Positions 11,901 through 22,400 of a stretch of 64,000 bases of DNA are shown piece after piece. Where the stretch lies: NCBI GenBank assembly GCA_004431415.1, contig QPMI01000199.1, forward strand, positions 62,001 to 126,000, read 5' to 3'. This stretch comes from Cyanophora paradoxa CCMP329 (Eukaryota; Plantae; Glaucophyta). Made by a program: the position numbers and the translations under genes. Under the pieces are notes generated by a model. The model made no database searches. It worked only from the letters and a program-made list of their open reading frames with translations, and was not told the DNA's origin. Every line of letters begins with the position of its first letter. Position 1 is the first letter of the stretch.

Positions 11901-13848
11901 TCGATATATCTTCATTGTGTATGTTTTTGGCGCTTGCTCTTTGATTGATTTCTAATAAACCTTCACCAACTCCGCCATTATAATTTGTTTTTATCCATGC
12001 TACCTCACATCTTCTGTAATCATCTCGATCTCCTATAAAAGTATTAGGTAAAAGACGCTCCCGAGTAAATACTAATTTCGGTCTCGATTGGTCAAAATCA
12101 CTAACATCTGTTACATTAATTTGTATTGCTGCATCTTTGTTATCATAACTATTTGGATCTAATGGAAGTGACGGTATCGGAGGTAATACTTCTGTCATCG
12201 GGATGTCCTCAGGGTAGTAACTTGTTAGATAAATTCCGGGTTTTGTCTCATACAAACCAAAATTACCACTAACTTCTAAAATCCCATCTCTTCTGGGTGG
12301 TCTAATGAATAATTCGGCTTCCATTCCTGTGCCTGCTTCTATTCCCATGCGATTAAGGTAGTGGTCATTTAATTGTTATCTTTCTTCTATGTTAATATTT
12401 CTATAAAGACTTACACCATGTTGGAAATCTGTTAATACATTTCCTGCTGATGCGAAAGTAGGTTGCTCATCGATTTCGTCCCAATTATGCCTGTGGTCTG
12501 CTGGTGGAAATTCAGTAGGTATGTTATCTAAATCTTCCCAATCGTGCCTATGCTCTGTCGGTGGGAATCTTTCCGGTTTGTTTAGAATGTCATCCCATTC
12601 GTGATCGTGGGGATCTGGTGGGAATGTGTCAGGTTTATTAATAATATCCCTCCAATCTACGGTAAAATCGAAAAATCCCGGTTGTAATCCGTCTGGTAAT
12701 AACTCTTCATCTGGTATATGTGGTTGTTCGTAATCTATGTTAGGCGGATCTAATCCATGTGGTAAAAGTTGTTCGTCGTAAGGTTGATAACGATCATATA
12801 ACATATGGTTAGGATCAAATCCATCCGGCAATTCTTCCACGTCTTCACATTCTTTATGTTCGAGAGGTATAACATTAATGTCTGGTGCTAAGAGTTCCTC
12901 AGCGGGCGGTTTGTAATCTTTAAAAACTGGTTTATTATGGACTTTTTCCCAACTAACAAAATGTTGCCCAAACGCTACCGTCTCATCTGCTGTGTATTCT
13001 CTTCCTGGTTGTTTCTTTGGTGTAAGATCTGGTGGATCCCATGGAAGTGGAAACGGAACCGGAGTAGGTCCGTAATGCTCTATGATTTCTCTTATGGTCT
13101 TTTCACTAACGAGCCGCTCCCCATTTGCATAAACATTACTACCATGAATATTTCGCCATTGTCGGGTTCTAATACCAAGGTCTTTGGTGTTTGTTTTCAA
13201 AGGTAAAAGGTGGCGATCCATTTCGACAAGATCGGGATGTAAATGTATAGCTACTGGTTGACTGGGACTACTGTCGACTGTGATCGAATCCTTTTCTTTG
13301 GAAGTATCCGGTGGAAGAGTGAAACCAAACAGTGCATTAGTGTTTGAATTGTTGACAATGTCCTTTGGGTAAACATTGTTGGTGTGGCGAATCTGATTCT
13401 CTTCACCATGTGGGGCAACCTGTAATATCTGGGGAATTTGTGCTATCGAATTTGATCCTTCATTATAGATTCTCAAACCACTCCGATGAACTCCCTTTTC
13501 ATCCTGGACATTAAAAACCAAACGTCCGCTATCATAACGTGTGGGAATATCGGGATGCGTTCCACTTGCTTTAAGTTTCCGTGGTCTCCTTCTTGTTGCC
13601 TTGATCTCCGCAACCGCGTTTTTTTTTACATTCCCCAAACTGAAAGCTATACTTACATCTTCTTTCTCTGGGTCTGTTTGATTCAGCGATAAAGCATGAA
13701 TCCTGGGATGCGTCTTACTGGGTTTATCGGCGCTCTGATCAATAGAAGCCGATCCTTTGATGGTGATATTATCAAAGTTAACATGTTTAGTGTTTCCTTT
13801 ACCACTACCTGTTATGGTTTGTAAATTTGCTGGATAATTGAAACTCAT
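8981..13848 (-). pseudogene. Giant modular fibre protein (~1600 aa) split by a stop (12376-12378) and a frameshift (~11193)
   Basis: ORFs 490, 392 and 660 aa join: ER*QLNDHY matches internal repeat ERLFLNDHY; many HTHTKxxITDF and HxHxWxxI repeats; C-terminal TFPKAFAQAPEV...YIATG lectin-like tip. Confidence 0.7.
10335..10730 (-). repeat. Recent internal duplication (~168 bp x2) in fibre gene
   Basis: DYLPLTGGT..GDVHA.NFFV.TPNDQ.FPVVHLGAEYVLDPNTP.SR.ELPNVH occurs twice, nearly identical in DNA. Confidence 0.85.
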
Positions 13849-13897
13849 CCCTGATTACTCTAATAATAGAGATTTATTAAATTTCAATAAAGTAAAG

Positions 13898-15436
13898 ATG
13901 CCCTTACGCGTAGTTTTAGCTTTGTCTGGCGGCGGCGCACGTGGTATTATCATAACAAGGTTGTTAAAAGAAATAGAAACAAGAACAGGTAAACGCGTTA
14001 TTGATTTGGTCGATCTTGTAAGTGGAACGTCCACAGGCGGTATTATTGCTATTGGTCTCAATGTGAAAAATCCCGAATTTCCCGATGAACCTAAATTAAC
14101 AGCTACCGACCTTCACAATACTTACCTATATCATCTTCCTCTCATCTTTGCGAATCCGCGGAATATCATAGAGAATGCACTTTTCAATACTAAATATGAT
14201 GTATCACCATTAGAAACCGCTATTTTCTCTGTGACTGGGGAAGCTCTCATAAAAGATTCACTAAAAGATGTGGTTATTACGACGTTCGACACTGTAAGCA
14301 TGAAACCAATTTTCATAGCAAATGATAATGATTACAAGACTATACCAAGTAAAATAGCGGCACGTTCTACTTCCGCCGCTCCTACATATTTTGCTCCTGT
14401 CGATTACGAGGGGATGTGTTTAATAGATGGTGCGATATCAGGTAACAATAACCCAAGTGTTTGTGGTTACAGTCACGCAAAAAAGATATATGATAACGAT
14501 GACGATATTATAGTTATTAGCATATCATGTGGTGAGGTTAACGAAATCGACACCCCGAATGTGGGTTACTCTTACGAAAGTGTGAATACCTGGGGTATTC
14601 TATCATGGATTGCTTCCACCTCAGGAAGTCCATTAATCAATATGCTAATGGCTGCAAGTGAATTATCGGCTCTTGAAAAGATGCAAGAGTTTTTACCATA
14701 TAATGATGACCAAGGATATGCGCGATACTATCGTATCTCTGTGCCGCTTCCGAAAGATATCTTAAACTCCCTCGATGATACTTCTAAGATTCCGGACATG
14801 ATAGCGGCGACTGAAACGTATATAGAAGCAAACGACGCCATGATAAATCGACTCTGTGAGTTACTTGTAACAAACTATGAGATTAAGAACCCTGTCAGAT
14901 CATATGTATCATCCACTCTTAATAACATACCTCCCATTGACGCTAACTGGTATCTTCTATCGGATAATGCGTTTACCGCTTCTTCTGCCAAATTTGGAAA
15001 AGAGGCATTTAAAGCCCGCCCATCATTAACTGGATGGGAAGCGAATGCATCCGCAATTAACGGAATATGGGAAACGCCTACTGAATATTTGCAAATAGCC
15101 TTCCCATATACATTTGAGGTCGCTTCTATAATTGCTTATGGGTCAGGTATAACAACTGCCTTTATTAAAACTTTCAATGTTGCGACATCGCAAGATGGTA
15201 TAACATGGTCATTTATCAAATATGAGGGTGTAAATAGAATGTTTGTATGTGAGAATATAAATAATGCTAATAACTCTGGGGATGTATCATATGCTATGGG
15301 GTTCCCACTTTCGGTAAACGATGTATTTTATATAGGTTTTCCACTGAGAACACGATATATACGTATTTATCCTTTGGTATATATAAATGCCCCGACTATG
15401 AGAGTCGATGTAACGGGCGCATTTATTAGAAATTAA
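13898..15436 (+). CDS. Patatin-like phospholipase fused to F5/8 type C (discoidin) domain
   Basis: SGGGARG, GTSTG, SAAPTYF, IDGA; C-terminal EYLQIAF...TFNVATSQDGITW...RYIRIYP...MRV. Start set by alignment to B homolog. Confidence 0.9.
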   Translation: MPLRVVLALSGGGARGIIITRLLKEIETRTGKRVIDLVDLVSGTSTGGIIAIGLNVKNPEFPDEPKLTATDLHNTYLYHLPLIFANPRNIIENALFNTKYDVSPLETAIFSVTGEALIKDSLKDVVITTFDTVSMKPIFIANDNDYKTIPSKIAARSTSAAPTYFAPVDYEGMCLIDGAISGNNNPSVCGYSHAKKIYDNDDDIIVISISCGEVNEIDTPNVGYSYESVNTWGILSWIASTSGSPLINMLMAASELSALEKMQEFLPYNDDQGYARYYRISVPLPKDILNSLDDTSKIPDMIAATETYIEANDAMINRLCELLVTNYEIKNPVRSYVSSTLNNIPPIDANWYLLSDNAFTASSAKFGKEAFKARPSLTGWEANASAINGIWETPTEYLQIAFPYTFEVASIIAYGSGITTAFIKTFNVATSQDGITWSFIKYEGVNRMFVCENINNANNSGDVSYAMGFPLSVNDVFYIGFPLRTRYIRIYPLVYINAPTMRVDVTGAFIRN

Positions 15437-16731
15437 AGTTTTTCAGTTCCATTTATTGTAAGTTTCTTTAATTCTCTTGTAATTTTACTTTTTTTCTTTA
15501 ATCTGGCTTGTAAAAGCGGTTCTTCTGGGACATCATCCGCTTTTTCGATGCCTTCCTTACGTATCGCCGAATCTATCCGGGCTTCTTCTTTGGCTTGTTC
15601 TAATGCATCACCTGTGGGCGCCTCATGATACTCTACACCTTTGATAGGTAACAGTTCGTGGAAAGCAAACCTTCCATCGACGATTTCACCATTCGGATTT
15701 CGTAACCGAAACTTAAAACCCTCCCTACCCTCGACAGTATAAACGATCCGCGACCAATTGACACCCTGTTTAGCGAATGGGTTCTTTTCTATTCTCACCC
15801 GCACAAACATACCCTTTTGAATACCGTCTAAGTAAGCCATCGACTTCTTAAACTTCTCATCTTCTAAACCTATGATCTCTCTATAATGCTCATCTGTGGT
15901 TTCTGCGGGTTTCCTCTTAGTCGCTGAATGAACAGTATGGTTATAATTATACTCAATGTCACCCAATACATCAAAGAATCGCGCCGTGTTATTTGCTATG
16001 CAATAGTTCGTAATAAGCCGTTTGATCTGTTTGTTAAACGCTTCAATTCTACCCTGACTCCGATGATCTGCGACATCGCTAATCTGATGGTCGATGAACT
16101 TCTTAGCAAGATAGTTAGTAAACATAGTATTAGTAAATTCGCTACCGCTATCACTTTGGACGCGTGCAATAGGTCGTGGCACTCTCTTTTGTAGCTGTTC
16201 GAATGCGGCAAGAGTCGTAATAGCGCTCTTATCTCTCATCGGAATAATATAACCTGTTCTAAGCGTTGATTCCATAGCCGACATAAACGTATCATATCCG
16301 TCATTTTGCTTCTTATAAGCCGGGAAAAACAGAAGATCAATAACATAGGTATCGAGAGGCTGCCTAATTGGTATCATCGGGTCTCTCTTTCTGGAAAGAG
16401 TCGGCGCGTTAATCTGAACGACTTCCTGTTTATCATACCATTCCCTCATCTTCTTATAGTCTTCATCTGGTAACTCCTTCCTCATCGCTCCAAAACCCTT
16501 GTAACCGGTGCGCGGATCGTAAAACTTCTTAGCTATCTTAGATTCTTTTGTTACAGTCTCAGTAGGCAATGCCTCCGGGATCAGTTCTTTAACTATCTCA
16601 GACTTCTTTAAAATTCGTGTGTTCTTTTCCTCCACAGGAATGGTTATAGGTAGCATGTTACCCTGATCTTCTTTAAGGCTCTTCTTTACGATCTTTGGAA
16701 TGGGTCTTAATCCTATCTGTGCGGAAGGCAT
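15433..16731 (-). CDS. Retroviral-type (rve) integrase, Polinton-like
   Basis: DDE motifs VIDLLFF, VQSDSGSEF, GRIEAFN; YNHTVHSAT. Confidence 0.9.
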   Translation of the reverse strand: MPSAQIGLRPIPKIVKKSLKEDQGNMLPITIPVEEKNTRILKKSEIVKELIPEALPTETVTKESKIAKKFYDPRTGYKGFGAMRKELPDEDYKKMREWYDKQEVVQINAPTLSRKRDPMIPIRQPLDTYVIDLLFFPAYKKQNDGYDTFMSAMESTLRTGYIIPMRDKSAITTLAAFEQLQKRVPRPIARVQSDSGSEFTNTMFTNYLAKKFIDHQISDVADHRSQGRIEAFNKQIKRLITNYCIANNTARFFDVLGDIEYNYNHTVHSATKRKPAETTDEHYREIIGLEDEKFKKSMAYLDGIQKGMFVRVRIEKNPFAKQGVNWSRIVYTVEGREGFKFRLRNPNGEIVDGRFAFHELLPIKGVEYHEAPTGDALEQAKEEARIDSAIRKEGIEKADDVPEEPLLQARLKKKSKITRELKKLTINGTEKL

Positions 16732-16775
16732 CTTTACCTTATTTCCGTAATTTAATTTTTCTATATAATTCATAA

Positions 16776-17177
16776 ATGAACCATCGGGGCTTCCATGTAA
16801 TGTTAGATTACAAGTTTTCGAATCCACTAATTACGGGAGTGGACAACTTAGAGACCACAACGAAATGGTTAATGCACTTTTTACAAGATATTATACAAGA
16901 ACAAGGTATACGAGTAGTCCACAAGCATTACGAGATTTTCGATGGTGGTCTTTCACCTCCGGGTTTTACTTTGGTTCTTTTATTAGATGAAAGTCATTGC
17001 ACCGCTCATTGTTACTCAGACGAGGGCATGTTAGCAATCGATATATTCAGTTGCGGAAGGGAAGCGGAGCGAAAGACATGTAATATATCATGTTTAATAG
17101 AAGAGAGGATAATAGGTATCTTTGGTGGATCACCGCAAACGGAGAGACATAAGCTATCGAGATTTCCGACACGGTAA
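16776..17177 (+). CDS. speD: S-adenosylmethionine decarboxylase proenzyme, short prokaryotic type
   Basis: GFTLVLLLDESHCTAHCYSDEGMLAIDIFSCG with ES autocleavage site; 133 aa. Confidence 0.85.
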   Translation: MNHRGFHVMLDYKFSNPLITGVDNLETTTKWLMHFLQDIIQEQGIRVVHKHYEIFDGGLSPPGFTLVLLLDESHCTAHCYSDEGMLAIDIFSCGREAERKTCNISCLIEERIIGIFGGSPQTERHKLSRFPTR

Positions 17178-17194
17178 TAAGTGGTAAAAGAAGA

Positions 17195-17660
17195 TGTAAC
17201 AGGTTAATTTATAGTATTTCAGTGTGGTGTAACAGGTGTAACAGGTTCTCCCCAAAGTTCCAAGCCGCCGACCTCCTCCTAGGGGAAAGTTTGGGATGAA
17301 CCTGTTACACCTGTTACACATACCATTTTCAGTAAGAACCCATTAAAATAACATAATCTCAGTCTTAAAATAACATAATATACCATAAGTAATACTACGT
17401 TATCTTTATTGTATTATACGCTCCGCCTCCCACACAGCACATTGTAGTTGTTTACGTTGTAACGGGTGTAACAGGTCAATCCCAAAGTTCCAAACCGCCG
17501 ACCTCCTCCTAGGGGAAAGTTTGGGATGAACCTGTTACACCTGTTACACATAGAAAATACCATTATAATAACATAAGATCTATAAAGAATAATATGTTAT
17601 CCTTATTATATTACACGTCCCGCGCTCCATACAGCACCTTGTAGCTGTTTACATCGCGCC
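17195..17660. repeat. Subterminal iteron hairpins of A (17227-17319, 17458-17549) within ~200-bp direct repeats
   Basis: Same TGTAACAGG arms and CTCCTAGGGGAAAGTTTGGGATGAA core as 312-404. Confidence 0.9.
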
Positions 17661-17842
17661 ATATCCGCTCCATATACGCTACACATTTAATCGAAAAAGT
17701 ACATTTTATTATTTTTCGACAAAATTCCGTTAGAATTTCACACATATTTTATACATATTTCTTACGATCGTTAATACATATTTTTCATTAAATGCAAACA
17801 CATATTATTTCCATATCATTATACACGATAATGCGTAATATC

Positions 17843-18139
17843 ACACATAGAGAAAGCCCGCGTTTTATCATGAGGCGTGATATAATTTATCTAAGTTTAA
17901 ATTCCACCTCAAATACAAGTGATTACGAGAGATACAGGTAAAATACATCGGAGATACGAATAAAATAAATTTCAGTAAGAGAAACGTTAGTATTATATAT
18001 GAAATACGCACATAAAAGACAAGAATAAAGGATAAAATACACATAAATTATCGTAAAATATGCAAGAAATATAGGTAAAATATAAACAAAATATAATTAA
18101 ACTTAGCCGAGGGATAAAACGCGGACTTTCTCTATGTGT
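17843..18139. repeat. Long imperfect inverted repeat in A terminal region
   Basis: 27-bp arms 17843-17869 / 18113-18139 with one mismatch; inner CTAAGTTTAA / TTAAACTTAG pair. Confidence 0.8.
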
Positions 18140-18423
18140 CTCGAGGGAGTGCGACACGGAAATTATTTAGCAGGGGGGATCTCGAGTGGAAAAAAAGGTT
18201 AAAAAAGGAATTCCGCTCGTCGGTTTTTGGGTTTGAGAAAGAGGCTTCGCCTGATATTGTATCTTAATTGTAGTTAATCGGAATTATATCAATAACTTCG
18301 ATTGATCTTAAGTGAATCCTTAATGAATTTAATCGGAATTATATCAATAAATTCGATTAAATCATGTTCTTTTCCGATTAAATCAATTAAATATTTAACT
18401 TTGTTACCATAAGTGGTCTAAGT

Positions 18424-19381
18424 TGAAAAGGTGACTAGAACCTCTTCGGATCAAGGCTCCTGAACTATCCCGGGAATCCCACAATTAAGAACAAAAGACC
18501 AACCTCAGGCTTCCCAAGAGCGGCGAACTGCCCGTCCCAGTTATGGCCGTGCTTCCCAACCAAGCCAGGGAAGTCGGACGCAAAGGGCGGAGTCTTGTTA
18601 TTGACAGCAGATCCCTTGGAGTCTGACATTTTGGGTCTAGAACGCGGGTTTTGATCAGTGCAAAGCTTTACATGAATCAGGGGAAGGGGTCGTAAGAATC
18701 AGGTTCAGGCACCAGATGAACGTGAAGCGTGTCAGGTAGGAAGGCCGACGGCGCCTAGCTTCGCTGCGATGCTGCAGCGATTAGGCGAGCTTCAAGAATG
18801 CGCTTCCTGGCCGAATTACCGAGTTTTAGAGACTCGGATCGCAATCCAGACGGGTACCGCCTCCTTTTACCCGGCGCCGCCATACTACCAACCTTCCGAC
18901 CAATGGTTACCGGCCGTCGGTCAACCGGCGACGCGGTTCCACTCACGTGTCCTGGTACTAGGCTGGTAGTCAGCTAGGTCTGAGTCCGCGGCTATATCAC
19001 GTAGCATGCGCCAGACTGTAGCCGGCCCATGCCCGCTGTCAGTTGCTTAATTACTCGACCCGGAACCGACGCCAGGTCCGAGGGGCCCGAGCCGGCTTGA
19101 ACCACGAGCCGGCTCGAGCCCACTCGGCTCGTAATGATAAATACGTCTAGCCGTCTTGAGCTCGACCGCTTATAGATCCGTGCTCAAGCGCGCCCTACTG
19201 GCATGCCGCTGCAGCCGACCGACCAGACTCCGGTCCGACGCCGCACAGCTGCGACACTCAGGCCGTCCCGCCGGATGTCCGGGGACTACGGGGCCTGACA
19301 TTTACACGAGTGCGGCTAGAATGACTAAATTATAATATTCAGTCGAAAAAGCAAACCGGGTACGGCCATACGGCCTTAACA
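18424..19381 (-). repeat. 3' LTR (958 bp)
   Basis: Matches 27966-28924; only difference noticed is one C in a C-run (~19086 vs ~28628). Confidence 0.95.
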
Positions 19382-19436
19382 TGCCGGCCTCCACCAAGCG
19401 TCGACCTCGACGCTTAAAAAGCAAACCGGGTACGCC

Positions 19437-22400
19437 TCAAGGCAAAGACAAAAGGTTCTCGATCGGAAAGGGTCGCAACCGCGAGACATGGACCTCGATC
19501 AACTGCCCAGGTCGATGAAAAATTCGGGGATCATCCGGCACCGACCGGACTTTAACCCGAGACCCGCTCACTACCTCCTCGACAATATATGGTCCGGAAT
19601 ACCCAGAAGCGGCAGCCTGTCCAGGCTTTTTGGTTCTCTCCGGTGGCAGATATAAATCAACTGGATCGCCGACTTTGAAATTCCTTCGGCGCCCCTTGTC
19701 GATCCAACCGTGCTTAATTCTCAAGCTCTGTTTGAACAGATTCAGAAAGGCCATCCGCCAATCAGCAATTTGCTGATTTTTGTGGATTTTTAACCAAGCC
19801 GTGAGTACTTCATTAGAAGCGGGTAACTGGACTATCGACCTGTACATTGCCGACGTTGGCTGATCACTGCCAGTCGACCGCTGTTCAATATTAATTTCCG
19901 GTCCGTGTGCAGCGCTACTAGTAGTACCACTAGCAGCTGAAGAGTGCGCGGGCACCGCACTGCGCATGCCAACCCCGGGCCGCCAACGCCAAGGCTAGCG
20001 TTGTTATCAGTCCTAATACCAGCTTCAGCTTCAGCTGCAGCTGTGGCATTGCCGCTCGAGCTGGTCGAGTCCGCTATATGCATATGCCGCTCAGCTAACT
20101 GTGCATGTCTATGCATTTGACGCGTATACGTATGCATATCGCCTTCGATATCGGTGCCCATATCGGCCTCAGCGTGTTCAACGCCGCCCGCTGCAGTTGC
20201 CTGCGCGCCTCGCAGCTTAGGGGGTCGACGTGAAGACGGCTTCAGAAGCGCGGGGCCAGGGTTCGTGAAAGTGAGTTGCTTAGCTATACCAGCAATATAT
20301 ATCATAGCCGCCGCTGCTGCAGTTGCGTCCGAACGCCAGCGGCATCGCATATGTGTACGCATACGTCCCGCGCTGCTGTGCTTGTTGGCTGCTAAGCGCC
20401 AGCCATTCGTACAGGCGGAATCGCGGATCCAGACCGCATCTTCGTCCACTGCGTCGGCCGCTACCGTAGTCTTTGCGGGTCCAAACGCTGCTGTCTGCAC
20501 CTCGACTGCCGTGAGCCGCGGCGCGCCCTCTGCGAGCGTAGGCAGTGACGCATAGTGCAGATCGATCGGAAGATAGGGATCGTATCCGCGCATGAGCCGG
20601 AACGGCGTGAATCCCGTAGCTTGAGAAACCGTCGTGCGCATAGCTAGCAGTGCCTCACCGACCACACGTGTCCAGTGCGTTTTATGATCACTAGCTAAGC
20701 TGCGGATTTTGGCTTCTAGCGTCTGATGTCCGCGTTCCAGCACACCTTTCGCTTGCGGCGTATATGCTGGCATGATCCCAATTTAATTCCCATCAAGGTG
20801 AGAAACTCGCGCACTTCTTTCGACGTGAAAGCTGACCCTTGATCGCATTCAAGTTCGATCATCAAGCCGTGCTCGTAGATTACCGCCAAGATTGCTTGAA
20901 TAATGGTCTGCGCATTTACGCTTTCATGCGCCGACGCACACATCCATTTACTGAACGTGTCTTCAAAGGTGATCAATGCCTTTCCACCCTTGCCAGCGAA
21001 ATTGACTTCGTCCATCTGCCAGCGCTGCATAGGCCGAGACGAATATCGCGGCGTAGGCTCTTTGCTAGTCGGCCTATCAAATTTCTGGGTGCGGCAGTGC
21101 TCGCACAGAGATACATATTTGCGAACCGAGTCCCGCATCCGGGGCCAATAAAAACTTCGCTGAAGTCGATTATTCGTCGCATGATAACCGCCGTGTCCCG
21201 ATCCGAAGCCGCTATGCGCTTCCTTAATAATTTCCTTCCGCAGGGAAACTGGGATCACGATGCGCTCACGTGTCTCCCCGTGAGGATACGACAGATGAAG
21301 CAGCAGACCGCCAAGACCTAACGTATAATCCTGTGACTGTACAGCTAACGCCTCGCGTTCCTTGACTGTAAGCTTTTGTGCTGCTGCACCGCCTTCCATA
21401 TAAACAATTAATGCCCGCAAGGTCGGATCGTCGCGCTGTGCGTCACGCACACGAGGATCCGCTGTGGCCGCCGACTGCTGGGTCGTCGCCACGGCAGGTA
21501 ACTCCCCCCGCTGCTGCACTCGACGTTTGCGCTGACGTCGACTCCTGCACAGCGGACAGATATCGACTGCTGCGCGTACGATGCGAACCATCCAGCCCGG
21601 AATCGCTGCGCCTGCTATATTTGAGGCATCTTTTACTTTCTGCAGCGTTTTCCGGAATCCGAGGCAAGGTCCCCGCCGGTCTCGCCTGTCTTGCCCTGAC
21701 ATAATATGCAGACTGAGCACTGCCGCCTGACTCAAAGGAACTCTATCGATGTGCTGCTTCCAGCTGCGAGTACCCATGAGCTGCTCTGCTCTGGGGTTGT
21801 CCGCTGGTGCTAATGTGAAATGCACAATTCGTGGCGGCTGCACCGCTGGCTTATTCTTGAGCCGATGCGCTACCTCTCTTCTTTTTAGAAATTCCGTGAT
21901 TGCCAATCGATCGCCCTGACTAGCAAGTGTCGCTGTCAGGTTCAGCTTTGCCAGCTCGAATAGGGACGGGGGCCCGCTGCCCGCTTGAGCCGGTGTGAGC
22001 AGGTCCGTGAGCGACGCGGCGAGTGTAGCCGGGCTCTCTGTGCCCACGTTATCCTCGACCTCATTTCCCTCATTATTCGACGCAGAGACTGCATTTACGC
22101 CTAGGCTGGGGCTTGCGTCACTGTCCGTCTGCGTTGACACCTCCGAGGTAGTCACATCCCTCCGGGGTCTCACTTTACCATAATAGTCATATAAACGCGA
22201 GATCACGTCCGCATCGCTGTTGATTTTACCCTTCACGTGCTCGATCGTGAATGGCATAAATCTCTGCAATTTTACTGCCCATTTTGTAGCGCGATTTGCT
22301 GCCATCCCGCTTAAGGGATAATTTGGCTTGAAAATTGCCAGCAGCGCCTCATGGTCCGTACGCAGGGTGAAAGGTCCCAGTTCCAAGTACGGTCGGAACT

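Larger units (their letters stand above)
1..18252. mobile_element. Endogenous Polinton-like virus A (left part outside window; decaying)
   Basis: PolB, rve integrase, patatin and fibre genes homologous to elements B/C; iteron-rich right end. Right boundary tentative: ...GGCTTCGCCT at 18252, after which B-type repeats start. Confidence 0.75.

Noticed and set aside
1663-12378. Alternative genetic code explaining in-frame stops in A
   Set aside because: All three stop types occur, aligned to different residues (Arg, Tyr, Leu), and genes end normally on the same codons.
5770-13848. Bacterial prophage, suggested by tail-fibre repeats and SpeD
   Set aside because: No terminase, portal or tail-tube genes; context is A32 ATPase, jelly-roll capsid, rve integrase, RING and an LTR retrotransposon.
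18755-18969. Duplicated small ORFs (also 28297-28511)
   Set aside because: Identical only because they lie in the LTRs; no recognisable motif.
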